Source: Felis catus (taxonomy: Eukaryota). Taken from it: DNA of 64,000 nucleotides. A program made the position numbers and the translations under genes. Under the pieces are notes generated by a model. It did not search any database. It saw nothing but the letters and a program-made list of their open reading frames with translations, and had not been told where the DNA came from. Location of the stretch: positions 85,252,001 through 85,316,000 of the forward strand of contig NC_058368.1 in the NCBI RefSeq assembly GCF_018350175.1, read 5' to 3'. Below are positions 53,620-64,000 of this stretch, in pieces (within the stretch, counting starts at the first letter, position 1; each line of letters starts with the position of its first letter).

Positions 53620-54521
53620 AAAGGCCCTTCTTAAGATGATTCTAGGGGCAGGGGAGGGGAGTTTGAAGGGTTAGTAGCTGTAAAGGACTGAATCATGAAT
53701 CACAGTGGAGAAAGGAATCTTTGAGAGCTCCTGATGAGTAGGTGTCTCAGAAGTACCTGAAGTGTTTGGCCAAATATCTCTGATTATGAGACCTCTGAAT
53801 AAAGATACCTGTGCTAGGAACGTATTTATAAGAGCATGCTGGCTGGAGGGCCAGAGTCCTTAACTGTAACTTCCCACTAAGTCTGCAGTGTGCCAGCTGT
53901 GCACCAAGTCTGGAGTAGTGAGGGCAGCTTTTCCTTCTGGGACCTGTCGGGTAAAGCACTTGTAATAGCCTGTGGTTGGACCTATAAGATCATGAATGGT
54001 GTTTTGTCTGGGAGCCAAACTCTTCAACTTTATCTCCTTAGTTTCTTGAGCTCAAATGTGAAATAGACTAACTCAACATTGAACCAGATAGGTTTGGCTT
54101 TGAATAGCTGTGCCAAAAAACTGAGTAATTAGCCTGAGGCCATAGGGAGAGGAAAGTCACAATCAAGATCATTCCAAGAAGTATTACCAGGGCTACCTGG
54201 AGGATAGAACTTAGCCATAAGCTCCAATCATTGCCAAGCCAGGAAAAGATATCCCAAAATAAATCTTTCTTCAGAGAACCTGAAGTCTTCTTTTATAAGC
54301 TGTACAATGGACTGTATTTTGCATTCCATTGATCCAGGTGCAACACAAAGTGTTAGCAATTGCACAGACTTGTCTTGGCTGGCCATCAGGAAGTTGAGGA
54401 CTGTGGTCATTCAAAAATCCTGGGGCCAAAGAATTGGGTCTCATTCACTGTGCCTCCAAAGTTTAAGGTATTATTAATCACCTCAGAAAAGATCAAGGAC
54501 AAGTTTTATACAACCTTTTCT

Positions 54522-54686
54522 TTTTATTTAATATGAAATTTATTGTCAAATTGGTTTCTATACAACACCCAGTGCTCATCCCAACAGGTGCCTTCCTCAG
54601 TGCCCATCACCCACTTTCCCTTCCCTCCCACCCCCATCAACCCTCAGTTTATTCTCAGTTTTTAAAAGTCTCTTATGGTTTGGCTC
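54522..54686 (-). mobile_element. Very short felid L1 3' insertion (165 bp)
   Basis: L1 3' terminus near-identical to that at 24439. Perfect 15-bp TSD tatacaaccttttct (54507-54521 / 54687-54701). Confidence 0.9.
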
Positions 54687-54956
54687 TATACAACCTTTTC
54701 TAACTGGAGGACCCTGATAGTGGGGATAATTCCCTGGTTCATTTATTTTAGCATAGTTAGTAATATCACCTGGCATTTCCTTCACTAATCAGCATCTGCC
54801 TGGTTTTGGAGTTACTGCCTTACTTGTCTTTGTGTGATATTGCTAATTAGAGGGACTATTTTGATTATTTTGAAGTTTCTTATTGCTGACCCATATGAGC
54901 ATGTTACATTGCTAGGGAAAAGACAAGTAAAAGTCTGGCCTTTAAAAAAAGAAATA

Positions 54957-55085
54957 GGGGCCCCTGGATGGCTCAGTCAGTTAAGCATCTGACTTTGGCT
55001 CAGGTCATATCTCATACCTTGTGAGTTTGAGCCCCATGTCAGGCTCTGTGCTGATAGCTCAGAGCTGACAGCTGACAGCTGACAA

Positions 55086-55122
<37 letters not shown>

Positions 55123-55165
55123 CCTCTTTCTTAAAAATAAATAAACATTAAAAAATTAGAAAAAA
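54957..55165 (+). mobile_element. Can-SINE with an internal (agctgac)3 slippage
   Basis: ggggcccctggatggctcagtcagttaag; agctgacagctgacagctgac replaces part of the body. Confidence 0.88.
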
Positions 55166-56084
55166 ATATCCCAAAGTGGCCCTCACAGTGCTAAGAGTGT
55201 AATAATACTACCATGGAGATCAATTCATCACAAATCCCTGCCAAAGGGAAGATCCGTTAAGTGGAACTGAACAGTCTATATAAGGCAGGAGCAAGAATGG
55301 GATAGGAGAAGGCTGCCACTATCAAGGCCAAAACAACCCTAAAGTTTTTCATCCTTTTCCCATACATTCTGATCGTCCCCATCTTTGACAGGGATGAGCT
55401 AACATCTTGGAAGGTGTTTTATTCCTACAGTATAAGAGTTCAGCTGTGGAACTCTGGGTCTAGATTAATAAAGTTGGGGTATATTAGGTAGCAGAATGTT
55501 CCATTTTTAGAAAAATGTCCATTCATAGTACAAAGTGGCACAGAAGCCATGTTTGTCGGTGGGATTGGACAATGAGTGACATATTCGTTAGTCAAGTTCA
55601 GTGCATTGGCAACAGCCTGGGACATATATATCAATAAATTTGGTGAGGTGGGAGTCACACAGTCTACTCTTTAGGAGAGAGAGAAGAGGTATTAGATCCG
55701 CATGCCTCCCTCAAGCTTATCCAGGCTCACTGATCTGAAAATGATGATGTTCTATCATTTGGGGGACTTTTCCCCATCAACTGAGACAGGGGCAGTCTTT
55801 TCTGTACGATGAGTAAACATAGTATCTTTCATGAATCCTCCAGTGGGGGAAACACAAATATTCACATATGGATCTCCTCTTGTGGCTCAATAGCACTTTC
55901 TATTCTAGACATTGGTACCCATCACAAGGGGCTATCCAAAAAAAAGCAGGAGGACCACCTTAGGAAACTAGAGCCTTAAATTAATGGTCATCAATTTCAA
56001 AGTCTTTGTAGGCAAAACTTCAGAATGATTCTAATCTCCTTATCTGTTTAAATTTTCAGCAAGTGGTCTAAGAACATGGGAGAT

Positions 56085-56950
56085 TATAAGAGGGAAAAAC
56101 AACTTTGTTTTAGTTTACACTATTACTACTCTCAGTACTTTTGGCCAAAAAATGTATGGGCCTTTCTCACATCAAACAATTCTCCAAATTTCTGTGGACA
56201 CCAGTTGGGTGTCCTACAATTCAATTTCATTCTCACACTACCTAAAGATAGATCCCACAGATTAAAGTCTCCATACTTCAAGACTACTCCATCTCTCACA
56301 CATGCACACTTCAGTTACAGATCCATAGTCATCTGTACTTCTGAATGCTGTCTCTATACAGAGATTCCCATGATTCTTTTCTTGAGTTTGATAATTTGCT
56401 ACAGTGGCTCACAGAACTCAGAAAATCATTTTACCTTCTAGATCATTGGCTTATTATAAAAGGACATAACTCAGGAATAATAAGATGCAAGAGGTGCATA
56501 GGGAAAGTTATATACAAAGGGACATAGAGCTTCCAAGCCCTCTTCAAGAGCATTACACTCCTAGCACCTCCAAATTTTCCTAGAAGCTCTCTGAACTCCA
56601 TACGTTAGGGATTTTTTATAGAAACTTTAATACATAGGTGGGCATGATTGATTCAATCATTGACCATTAATGACTAAATCAACCTCCTACTTTTCTCCCC
56701 TTCCCAGTGGTCAGGGTTGGAAATGAATGCTCCAATATTGTAATCACATCATTCATTCCCCTGGCAACAAGTTCCATCCATAGGGGTTTTCCAAAATATA
56801 AACTCAAGTGTGGTTGAAAGGGACTTGTTATAAATAGCAAGACATTCCTTTACTCTTATCACTTAAGAAATTACAAGGGTATTAGGAGCCCTGTGCCAGA
56901 AATTGGGACAAAGACCAAAGATATAATTTTATTATTAATCACATTATCAA
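56085..56950 (-). mobile_element. MER21-like LTR
   Basis: gacaccagttgggtgtcctacaattcaatt; ggagccctgtgccagaaattgggacaaagaccaa (reverse complement of the MER21-like 5' part seen at 21750). Confidence 0.7.
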
Positions 56951-56963
56951 AAGGTCTCTTTAT

Positions 56964-57195
56964 TGGGGTGTCTGAGTGGCTCAGTTGGTTAAGCATTGAC
57001 TCTTGATTTCAGCGCAGGTCATGATCTTATAATTCATGTGTTTGAGCCCAGAATCAGACTCTACTGATAGCCTGGAGCCTGCTTGGGATTCTCTGTCTCC
57101 TTCTCACTCTCTGCCCCTCTCCCACTGTGCATTCACTCTCTCCTCCTCTCTCTTTCTCTCCCTGTCTCTCAAAAGAAATAAATAAACATTTTTAA
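56964..57195 (+). mobile_element. Can-SINE
   Basis: ggggtgtctgagtggctcagttggttaag. Confidence 0.88.
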
Positions 57196-58199
57196 ATGGC
57201 CCTTTTTGTGTCCACCACAGAAATTGATGAAACAGACAGCACAAATAATAAATGCCCCTTCAAAAAATGCTGTATTATGATGACAGGTTTCTCACTTGAG
57301 ATGTGTAGTTTGGACTGTGGTTATTTTCTCTTCTCTTCTAATCCACCACTTAAGCATGCCCTTCAATTTTTATTAACATTTCATCTTCTCTGAGGCTTGG
57401 TAGAAATATGGAACATAAATAATTCATTGAATACCCTTGATTGGGGCCACTGATGTGTAGCTTCAGCCTCAAATATTGGACTGTTGTCATATGCAATGTG
57501 CTCAGGACATCCAAACAGGAAATAAATGTGTTCTTGTAGGGCTTGGCTAACATGGCCCAAGTGGAACACATGAAGTGTCTATGACAAACCAATAAGAAAT
57601 TTCAATTGTGGTCAGAACCCAGTGGGATTTTTGGGATGGGATGAGAGTTCCAATATGATCTAGTGGAAGGAGTGTCCTGGCCCATTGGATCAAGAATAAG
57701 TCCCTGGGCAAAGTTTTGGCCTTGGTCAGAGTCTGGCAAATAGGGAAGATTTTCCATGTTATTTTTACATCTTCTGAATATATTGGTTGTCCAAACTTTG
57801 TTTCTATATTTATTAAATCATCATCAGTTAATATAGATCTTCATGAAAGTATGATAGCTTCCATGGAAAGCCATGACTTATAAATCATTTTAATACATTT
57901 ATTTGAGACTTCTTGCCTTCCTTCATTCACTCTCTTCATTTTATGGGGAAGAAGATTAATGATATTTGTATTTCCACATATTATTTTTGCATTCACTCAA
58001 GTTACATTTGCTTTTGTTGATGTTTGTTTTTTAAAAATTTGTTTATAGTGGACACATAAAATCACATTACTTTCAGATGTACAACATAGTGATTCAGCTT
58101 TTAAATTTTTATTTTGAATGTTATAGCAACTTACTGAAGGAGAAAGATCACAATATTAGAAGTGTAAGGGTGCATTTCCCCCCAGTTAAGAGACTTTTA

Positions 58200-58770
58200 A
58201 GCATACAGTAATTCATTACCACAGCTGATAATCTAATAGTGCTCACAGAACACATTTCATTGAGACCTCCTAAGTCAATTTAATGGTGAACATCAACAGA
58301 ATGCATTTTTAAAAAGACCCTAAAAAAAAAGGATCCTGTCATATATTTTCTAGATGAAAGTCACTTCAAATATAAATACATTGGTAGATTAAAATTAAAA
58401 TGATGAAAAAATATATGCCATGGAAACATTAATTTTAGCAAAAAACGAGGAGTGAATAAAATAAAACAAATAAAATCATTAGAGAAAAAATGAGATATGG
58501 TGTATGAATAAAAATATCAATTCACCAAGAAGATATAAGAATTTTAAATGTATATACACCAAACAATAGAGTTTCAAAATGCATTAAGAAAAAACAACTA
58601 GAGCTAAAAGAACAAAAAACAAATACACACTTGTAATTAGATAATTCAGTCTTCCTTCTCGGCAACTAGCAGAATTACTAGACAGAAAATCAACAACAAT
58701 ATAGAAGAACTAAAAGAATGAAATTCACTAATAGGAACTACATGGATATACATGTAGAACATTATATTCT
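58200..58770 (+). mobile_element. Old L1M ORF2 endonuclease-region fragment
   Basis: caattcaccaagaagatataagaattttaaatgtatatacaccaaacaatagag; agacagaaaatcaac. Confidence 0.65.
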
Positions 58771-58774
58771 GACC

Positions 58775-58814
58775 TGAATTAGACAGTATTCTCCTGAGAT
58801 TCTATCAATCTATC

Positions 58815-58857
<43 letters not shown>

Positions 58858-59428
58858 TAGATTTTCCCAGATTAGATAGATAGACAGATAGATAGATAGA
58901 CATATCTATATATAGAGAGAGACAGAGAAAGATGGAGAGAGAGAGAGACAGAGATGGACAGAGACAGACACAGACACAAAAACACAGTGATAGAAGCAGA
59001 GAGGCAGAGGTAGAAAGAGAAGCAGTATAAGGAATATTTTTATACAATAAGGTAGGCTGAGAAGTCCCCAATCTGCTGTTGTCAAGCTGGAGATCAGGAG
59101 AGTTGATGGCATAGTTGCAGTCTGAGTCCAAAGGCCTGGAAAGAAGAGACAGTGGTGGATATTCCAGTATAAGAGCAAGAGAAAACTAATATTTCTGCTC
59201 AGCATTCAACCAGGAGATGCTTCCTTCTTAGACTTTTTTGTGCTATCCAGGTATTCAACTGATTGAGGTCCACTCACAAAAGAGAGAGCGATTTGTTTTA
59301 TTCAGTCTCCCAATTCAAACATTAATCTCATTAAGAAGCAACTTCACAGGCACACTAAGAAAAATATTTGTCCATATTTTTGGGTACATCCTACCCAATC
59401 AAGTAGACACATGAAATTAACCATCATA
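58775..59428 (-). mobile_element. ERVL LTR (MLT2-like) with internal microsatellites
   Basis: Ends ccaatcaagtagacacatgaaattaaccatcata (reverse complement of the MLT2 start); ggctgagaagtccc, gtctgagtccaaaggcct. (CA)n/(GATA)n/(GA)n at 58805-58990. Confidence 0.75.
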
Positions 59429-59740
59429 CTTCTAATACGAATGAGGGTCTGGTTTATTATGGGAGAAATTCTCCTGAGGATCGGGTCAGTAGAACACTGA
59501 GAAAATTTTGATGATTAATGCAGGCAAAGGGTAGGTATTTGAACTTTATAATGAGGAATCAGAGCACTGTTACAACACTGGCAAGCTTCCCATGAGATAT
59601 GGAACTGAGGATACTGGGACAATACAGAGAAACTTCTGACAGAAATGCAGGCAGTGTTTACTATTGGGCAATTTAAACATTTTATGATCATTAATATTGG
59701 AATGAAGAATAGAACACTAATATCTTACCAAAAGTATCAA

Positions 59741-59955
59741 GGGGCACCTGGGTGGTTGAGTCAGTTGAGCACCCAACTTTGGCCCAGGTCATAATCTCAC
59801 AATTTGTGAGTTCAAGCCCCACTTCGGGCTCTGTGCTGACAGCTCAGAGCCTAGAGCCTGCTTTGGATTCTGTGTCTCTCTCTCTCTTTGACCCTCCCCT
59901 GCTCGCACTCTGTCTCTCTCTGTCCCTCAAAAATAAATTAAAATTTTATTTAAAA
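59741..59955 (+). mobile_element. Can-SINE
   Basis: ggggcacctgggtggttgagtcagttgag. Confidence 0.9.
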
Positions 59956-60676
59956 AATATATCAAAATTGGGACAAAAAGGTAGAAGAAGCCCCATCATA
60001 CCTTGTTCTCCCACAGAGACACAAACGTAACATTATACAACCCAAAAAAATCTTTATGAAAATGCCAGAAATCAATTCAGAAGGTGCAATACCCCAAGAA
60101 GGCGAAGTTAAGGACAGCATGATGAAATGTGTAAGAAGAGCTGTTGAATTTAGTCTACGAAATCCCTTCCCCAAGCAAGCAAATATTGGCACAATTTGGA
60201 CAAAAGATCCAAGTTGAAGTTTTTCCTTTGGGAGAAGAATAGAAGAGTGGAAATGACTTCCAGTGTTTCAGGGACTTTCCTGAGGGACTGGTTTTTGTCT
60301 TGCATAACTTGTGGAGTGATGATGGGAACTAACAAATATTGGACACCATGGGGTTGCTGAAAACAAAGAGAGGAGAGGGGTCTGTGACACTACCAGGGAA
60401 TTTGCATTACCATGGGCAAACATCAATGAGAGCATGTTTTCTGAAAAAGACACTGGCAAAAATCTTTAAATGGGAAATTGCATGCACAAGACTAAAGGAG
60501 ATTTGTCCAGAAAAGTTTTCAGAAGTTCCCAGAAACTCTACCCAGGCTGGTTGGTGAAAGGTTTTCCCTGTATAAAGGCAATGGCAGAATATACATTCTT
60601 CCCAAGTGCATAAGTATATCATGTGGTAGCCCACAAAATAATTATTTTTCCCCATAACTTTTAATTATTTCCTCTT

Positions 60677-60899
60677 TTTTTTTTAATTTTTTTTTCAACC
60701 TTTATTTATTTTTTGGGACAGAGAGAGACAGAGCATGAACGGGGGAGGGGCAGAGAGAGAGGGAGACACAGAATCGGAAACAGGCTCCAGGCTCTGAGCC
60801 ATCAGCCCAGAGCCTGACGCGGGGCTCGAACTCCCGGACCGCGAGATCGTGACCTGGCTGAAGTCGGACGCTTAACCGACTGCGCCACCCAGGCGCCCC
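60677..60899 (-). mobile_element. Young felid SINE (SINEC_Fc-type)
   Basis: CpG-intact copy; perfect 15-bp TSD taattatttcctctt. Confidence 0.95.
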
Positions 60900-61189
60900 T
60901 AATTATTTCCTCTTATAGACAGAAGTGCCAAGTATTCCTTTTGGAAGAAATTTTCTTTGAACTACAGGTGTCTGCTTTGCTTTGCTTTATTATTTTGGTT
61001 AACATACAGTGCTATCGTAGGTTTAGGTGTACAATTTAGTGATTCAACACTTATGTACAACACCCTGTATCATCACAAGTGTACTCCTTTGTCCCCATCA
61101 CCTATTTAACCCCTTCTTCCACCTATCTCCCCCCCCCCCCGGTAGCCATCAGTTTGTTCTCTATAGTTAAGAATCTGTTTCTTTGTACT

Positions 61190-61377
61190 TAAGTTTATTT
61201 ATTGATTTTGGGAGAGAGAGAGAGAGTGCAAGCAGGGGAAGGGCAGAGAGAGAGAGAAAAAATCCCAAGCAGGCTCTGTACTGTCAGCATTGGGCTCAAT
61301 CCCATTAACTGTGAGATCATGACCTGAATCTAAATCAAGAGTTAAATGCTTCAACACCTGAGCCACGCAGGTGCCCC
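61190..61377 (-). mobile_element. Can-SINE
   Basis: Typical body; TSD aagaa(t/c)ctgtttc. Confidence 0.88.
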
Positions 61378-61605
61378 AAGAACCTGTTTCATGATTTGTG
61401 TCTCTCACTTTTTTTTGCTTTGCTCATTTGTATTCTTTCTTAAATTCCACATATGAATGAAATCATAAGGTATTTCTCTTTGGCAGACTTATTTCACTTA
61501 GCATTATACTCTCTAGCTCCATCCATGTCATTGCAAATGGCAAGATTCAATTATTTTTTATGGATGAGTAATATTCAATTATATATGTATATATACATAT
61601 ACATA

Positions 61606-61647
<42 letters not shown>

Positions 61648-62924
61648 GTGTGTTATCTCTCTTCTTTATCCACTCATCAACCAATGAACATGTGGCCTGC
61701 CTCAATATCTTGGGCATTTTAAATAATGCTGCAATAATCGTATGGCTCATGTATCCCCTTAGATTACTGTTTTTGTATTCTTTGAGTAAATACCTATCAG
61801 TATGACTGCTGGATCATAAGGTAATTTAATCTTTTTAACTTTTTGAGGACCCTATATACTGTTTTCCACAGTAGTGTCTGAAAACTTTTTCTTCTGTGCA
61901 TAGCTACATATGTATTCATTTTTATGCCAGTACCATACTGTCTTGATTATTACAACTTTGTAATGTAACTTGAAGTCCAGAATTGTGATGCTTTCAGCAT
62001 TGCTTTCCTTTTTCAAGATTGCTTTGGTTATTCAGGGTCTTTGAGGTTGCACACAAATTTTAAAATCGTTTGTTCGAGTTCTGTGAAGAATTCTGGTGGC
62101 ATTTTGATAAGGAATGAATTAAATGTGTAGATTACTTTAGGTAGTGGAGAAAATTTAACATTTGTTCTTCCAGTCCATGAGCATGGAATGTCTTTCCATT
62201 TCTTTGTGTCCTCTTCAGTTCTTTAATCAGTGTTTTATAGTTTACAGAGTACAGATCGTTTGCCTCTTTGCTTAGGTTTATTCCGAGGTATTTTGTTTAT
62301 GGTATAATTGTAAAATGGATTGTTTTCTTAATCTCTCTTTCTGCTGCTTCATTTTTGGTGTAACAGAAACACAACAGATTTTTTTACATTGATTTTCTGT
62401 ATTCTGCAACTTTACTGAACTCAGTTATCAGTTCTAACATTTTTTTGGTGGAGTCTTTCAGGTTTTCAATATATAGTATCATGTAATCTGCAAATAGTGA
62501 AATTATTACTGTTTGCAAATTGGATGCTTTTATTTCTTTTTGTTGTCTTATTGCTGTGGTTTGGACTTCCAGTACTATGTTTAATAAAAGTGTTAAGAGT
62601 GGACATCCTTATCTTGCTCCTGATGTTAGGGGAAAAACTATGTTTATTCCCCTTTTTTGGATAATGTTAGCTGAGAGTTTTTCATAGATGGCATTAATAT
62701 GTTTAGGTATGTTCCCTCTAAACCTCCTTTGTTGATGGTTTTTTATCATGAATGGATGTTGTACTTTATCATATGCCTTTCTGCATCTATTGAAATGATC
62801 CTATGTTTTTTATTATTTCTCTTGTACATGGGATGTATCACAATGATTGATTTGTGAATATTGACATGTCTGGATCTCCATAATAAATCCAATTTTATTG
62901 TAGTAATGACTTTTCAATGCACTT

Positions 62925-62949
62925 ATTTTTTTTAAATATTTATTTATTT

Positions 62950-62990
<41 letters not shown>

Positions 62991-63142
62991 GCGGGGGGGG
63001 GGGGGGGACACAGAATCCAAAGCGGGCTTCAGGCTCTGAGCTGTCAGCACAGAGCCTGATGTGGGGCTCAAACTCATGAACTGCAAGATCATGACCTGAG
63101 CTAAAGTTGGGCGCTTAACTGACTGAGCCACCCAGGTGCCCC
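62925..63142 (-). mobile_element. Can-SINE
   Basis: Typical body; TSD tcaatgca. Confidence 0.9.
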
Positions 63143-63744
63143 TCAATGCATTTTTGAAGATGGTTTGATAGTATTTTGTTGAGGACTTTTGCATCTGTGT
63201 TTGTCAGGGGTATTGGTCTGTGTAGTTCTGTTTTTTAGTGGTGTCTTATCTGGTTTTGGCATCAATGCAATACTGGCTTCATAGAATAAATTTGGAATAT
63301 TTGTTTCCTTTTATATTTTTTGGGCTAGTCTGAGAAAAAATAGGTATTTACTCTTCTTTAAGTGGTTGGTACAATTCACCTGTGAAACAATCAATTCCTT
63401 AAATTTTGTTGTTGGGATTTTTTTTCATATCATTTTAAATTATTTGCTGGTTATTAATCTGTTCAAATTTTCTATTTCTTCCACTTTCAGTTGTGGTAGT
63501 TCATATGCTTCTAGGAATTTATCCCTTTCTTTTAGGTTGTCCAATTTGTTGGCATATAATTTTTGATAATATTCACTTAAAACTGTTTGAATTCCTGGGT
63601 GTTGGCTTTTCTCTTCTCTCATTTATGATTTTATTCACTTAAATCTTCTCTCTCTCTCTTTTTTTTTAATAATATTGGCTAGAGGTTTATTGATCTTATT
63701 GACCTTTCCAAAGAACCAGATCCTGCTTCATTGATCTGTTCTTT

Positions 63745-63941
63745 AATTTTTTTAAGTTTATTTATTTTGAGAGACAGTGGAGGGGTAGAGAGAGAGGGAG
63801 AATCTCAAGCATGCTCCACGCTGCCAATACAGAGCCCAATATGGGGCTCTGATATGGGGCTCAAACCCACAAAACTGCGAGATCATTACCTGAGCTGAAA
63901 TCAAGAGTCAGATGCTCAAACAACTGAACCATCCAGATGCC
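63745..63941 (-). mobile_element. Can-SINE
   Basis: Typical body with a short internal duplication (atatggggctc x2); TSD cttcattgatct. Confidence 0.85.
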
Positions 63942-64000
63942 ACTTCATTGATCTATTCTACTGTTTCTTTAGTTTTTATGTCATTGGCAGATGACATGAT

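Larger units (their letters stand above)
52985..57790 (-). mobile_element. Decayed endogenous retrovirus: integrase, env and 3' LTR remnants, with nested LTRs, L1 and SINEs
   Basis: Integrase-like LQEHIYFLFGCPEHIAYDNSPIF (57381-57569). Env SU-like SQAVANALNLTN (about 55590-55625). Env TM immunosuppressive-like TVLNFLMASQ followed by VCAIANTLCCTWIN (CX6CC, about 54325-54410). Confidence 0.75.
60985..63980 (-). mobile_element. Carnivore L1 3' half with three nested SINEs
   Basis: L1 3'UTR, then ORF2 antisense (ORF 63440-63622 [13 protein letters not shown]; gtatcatgtaatctgcaaa = FADYM). Confidence 0.85.

Overview
Mammalian genomic DNA, very probably from a felid (about 26 Can-SINEs, including three young SINEC_Fc-type copies, plus carnivore-type L1s). 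It lies in an AT-rich, repeat-dense olfactory receptor (OR) cluster. Two class II, family-6-like OR genes face each other tail-to-tail. One is intact on the minus strand (41925-42881, 318 aa). The other, on the plus strand (27459-28654), is disabled by an in-frame TGA and also carries a young SINE inserted five codons before its original stop. Other content: a decayed full-length L1 (about 6509-13170), many old L1 fragments, MaLR/ERVL/MER21/MER34-like LTR relics, a decayed env-bearing ERV, a 5'-truncated PCNA processed pseudogene, an 837-bp retrocopy of an unidentified mRNA 3' end with TSDs, and an unidentified GC-rich coding-like insert. The most notable non-coding signal is a 17-bp exact match to the H/P-element homeodomain 'gene-choice' motif (AACTTTTTAATGAGTCT), next to O/E (Ebf) sites 2.8 kb upstream of the intact OR. 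I found no support for a wholly new multi-gene system. Repeat family names come from recalled consensus features, not from a database search, and repeat boundaries are approximate.
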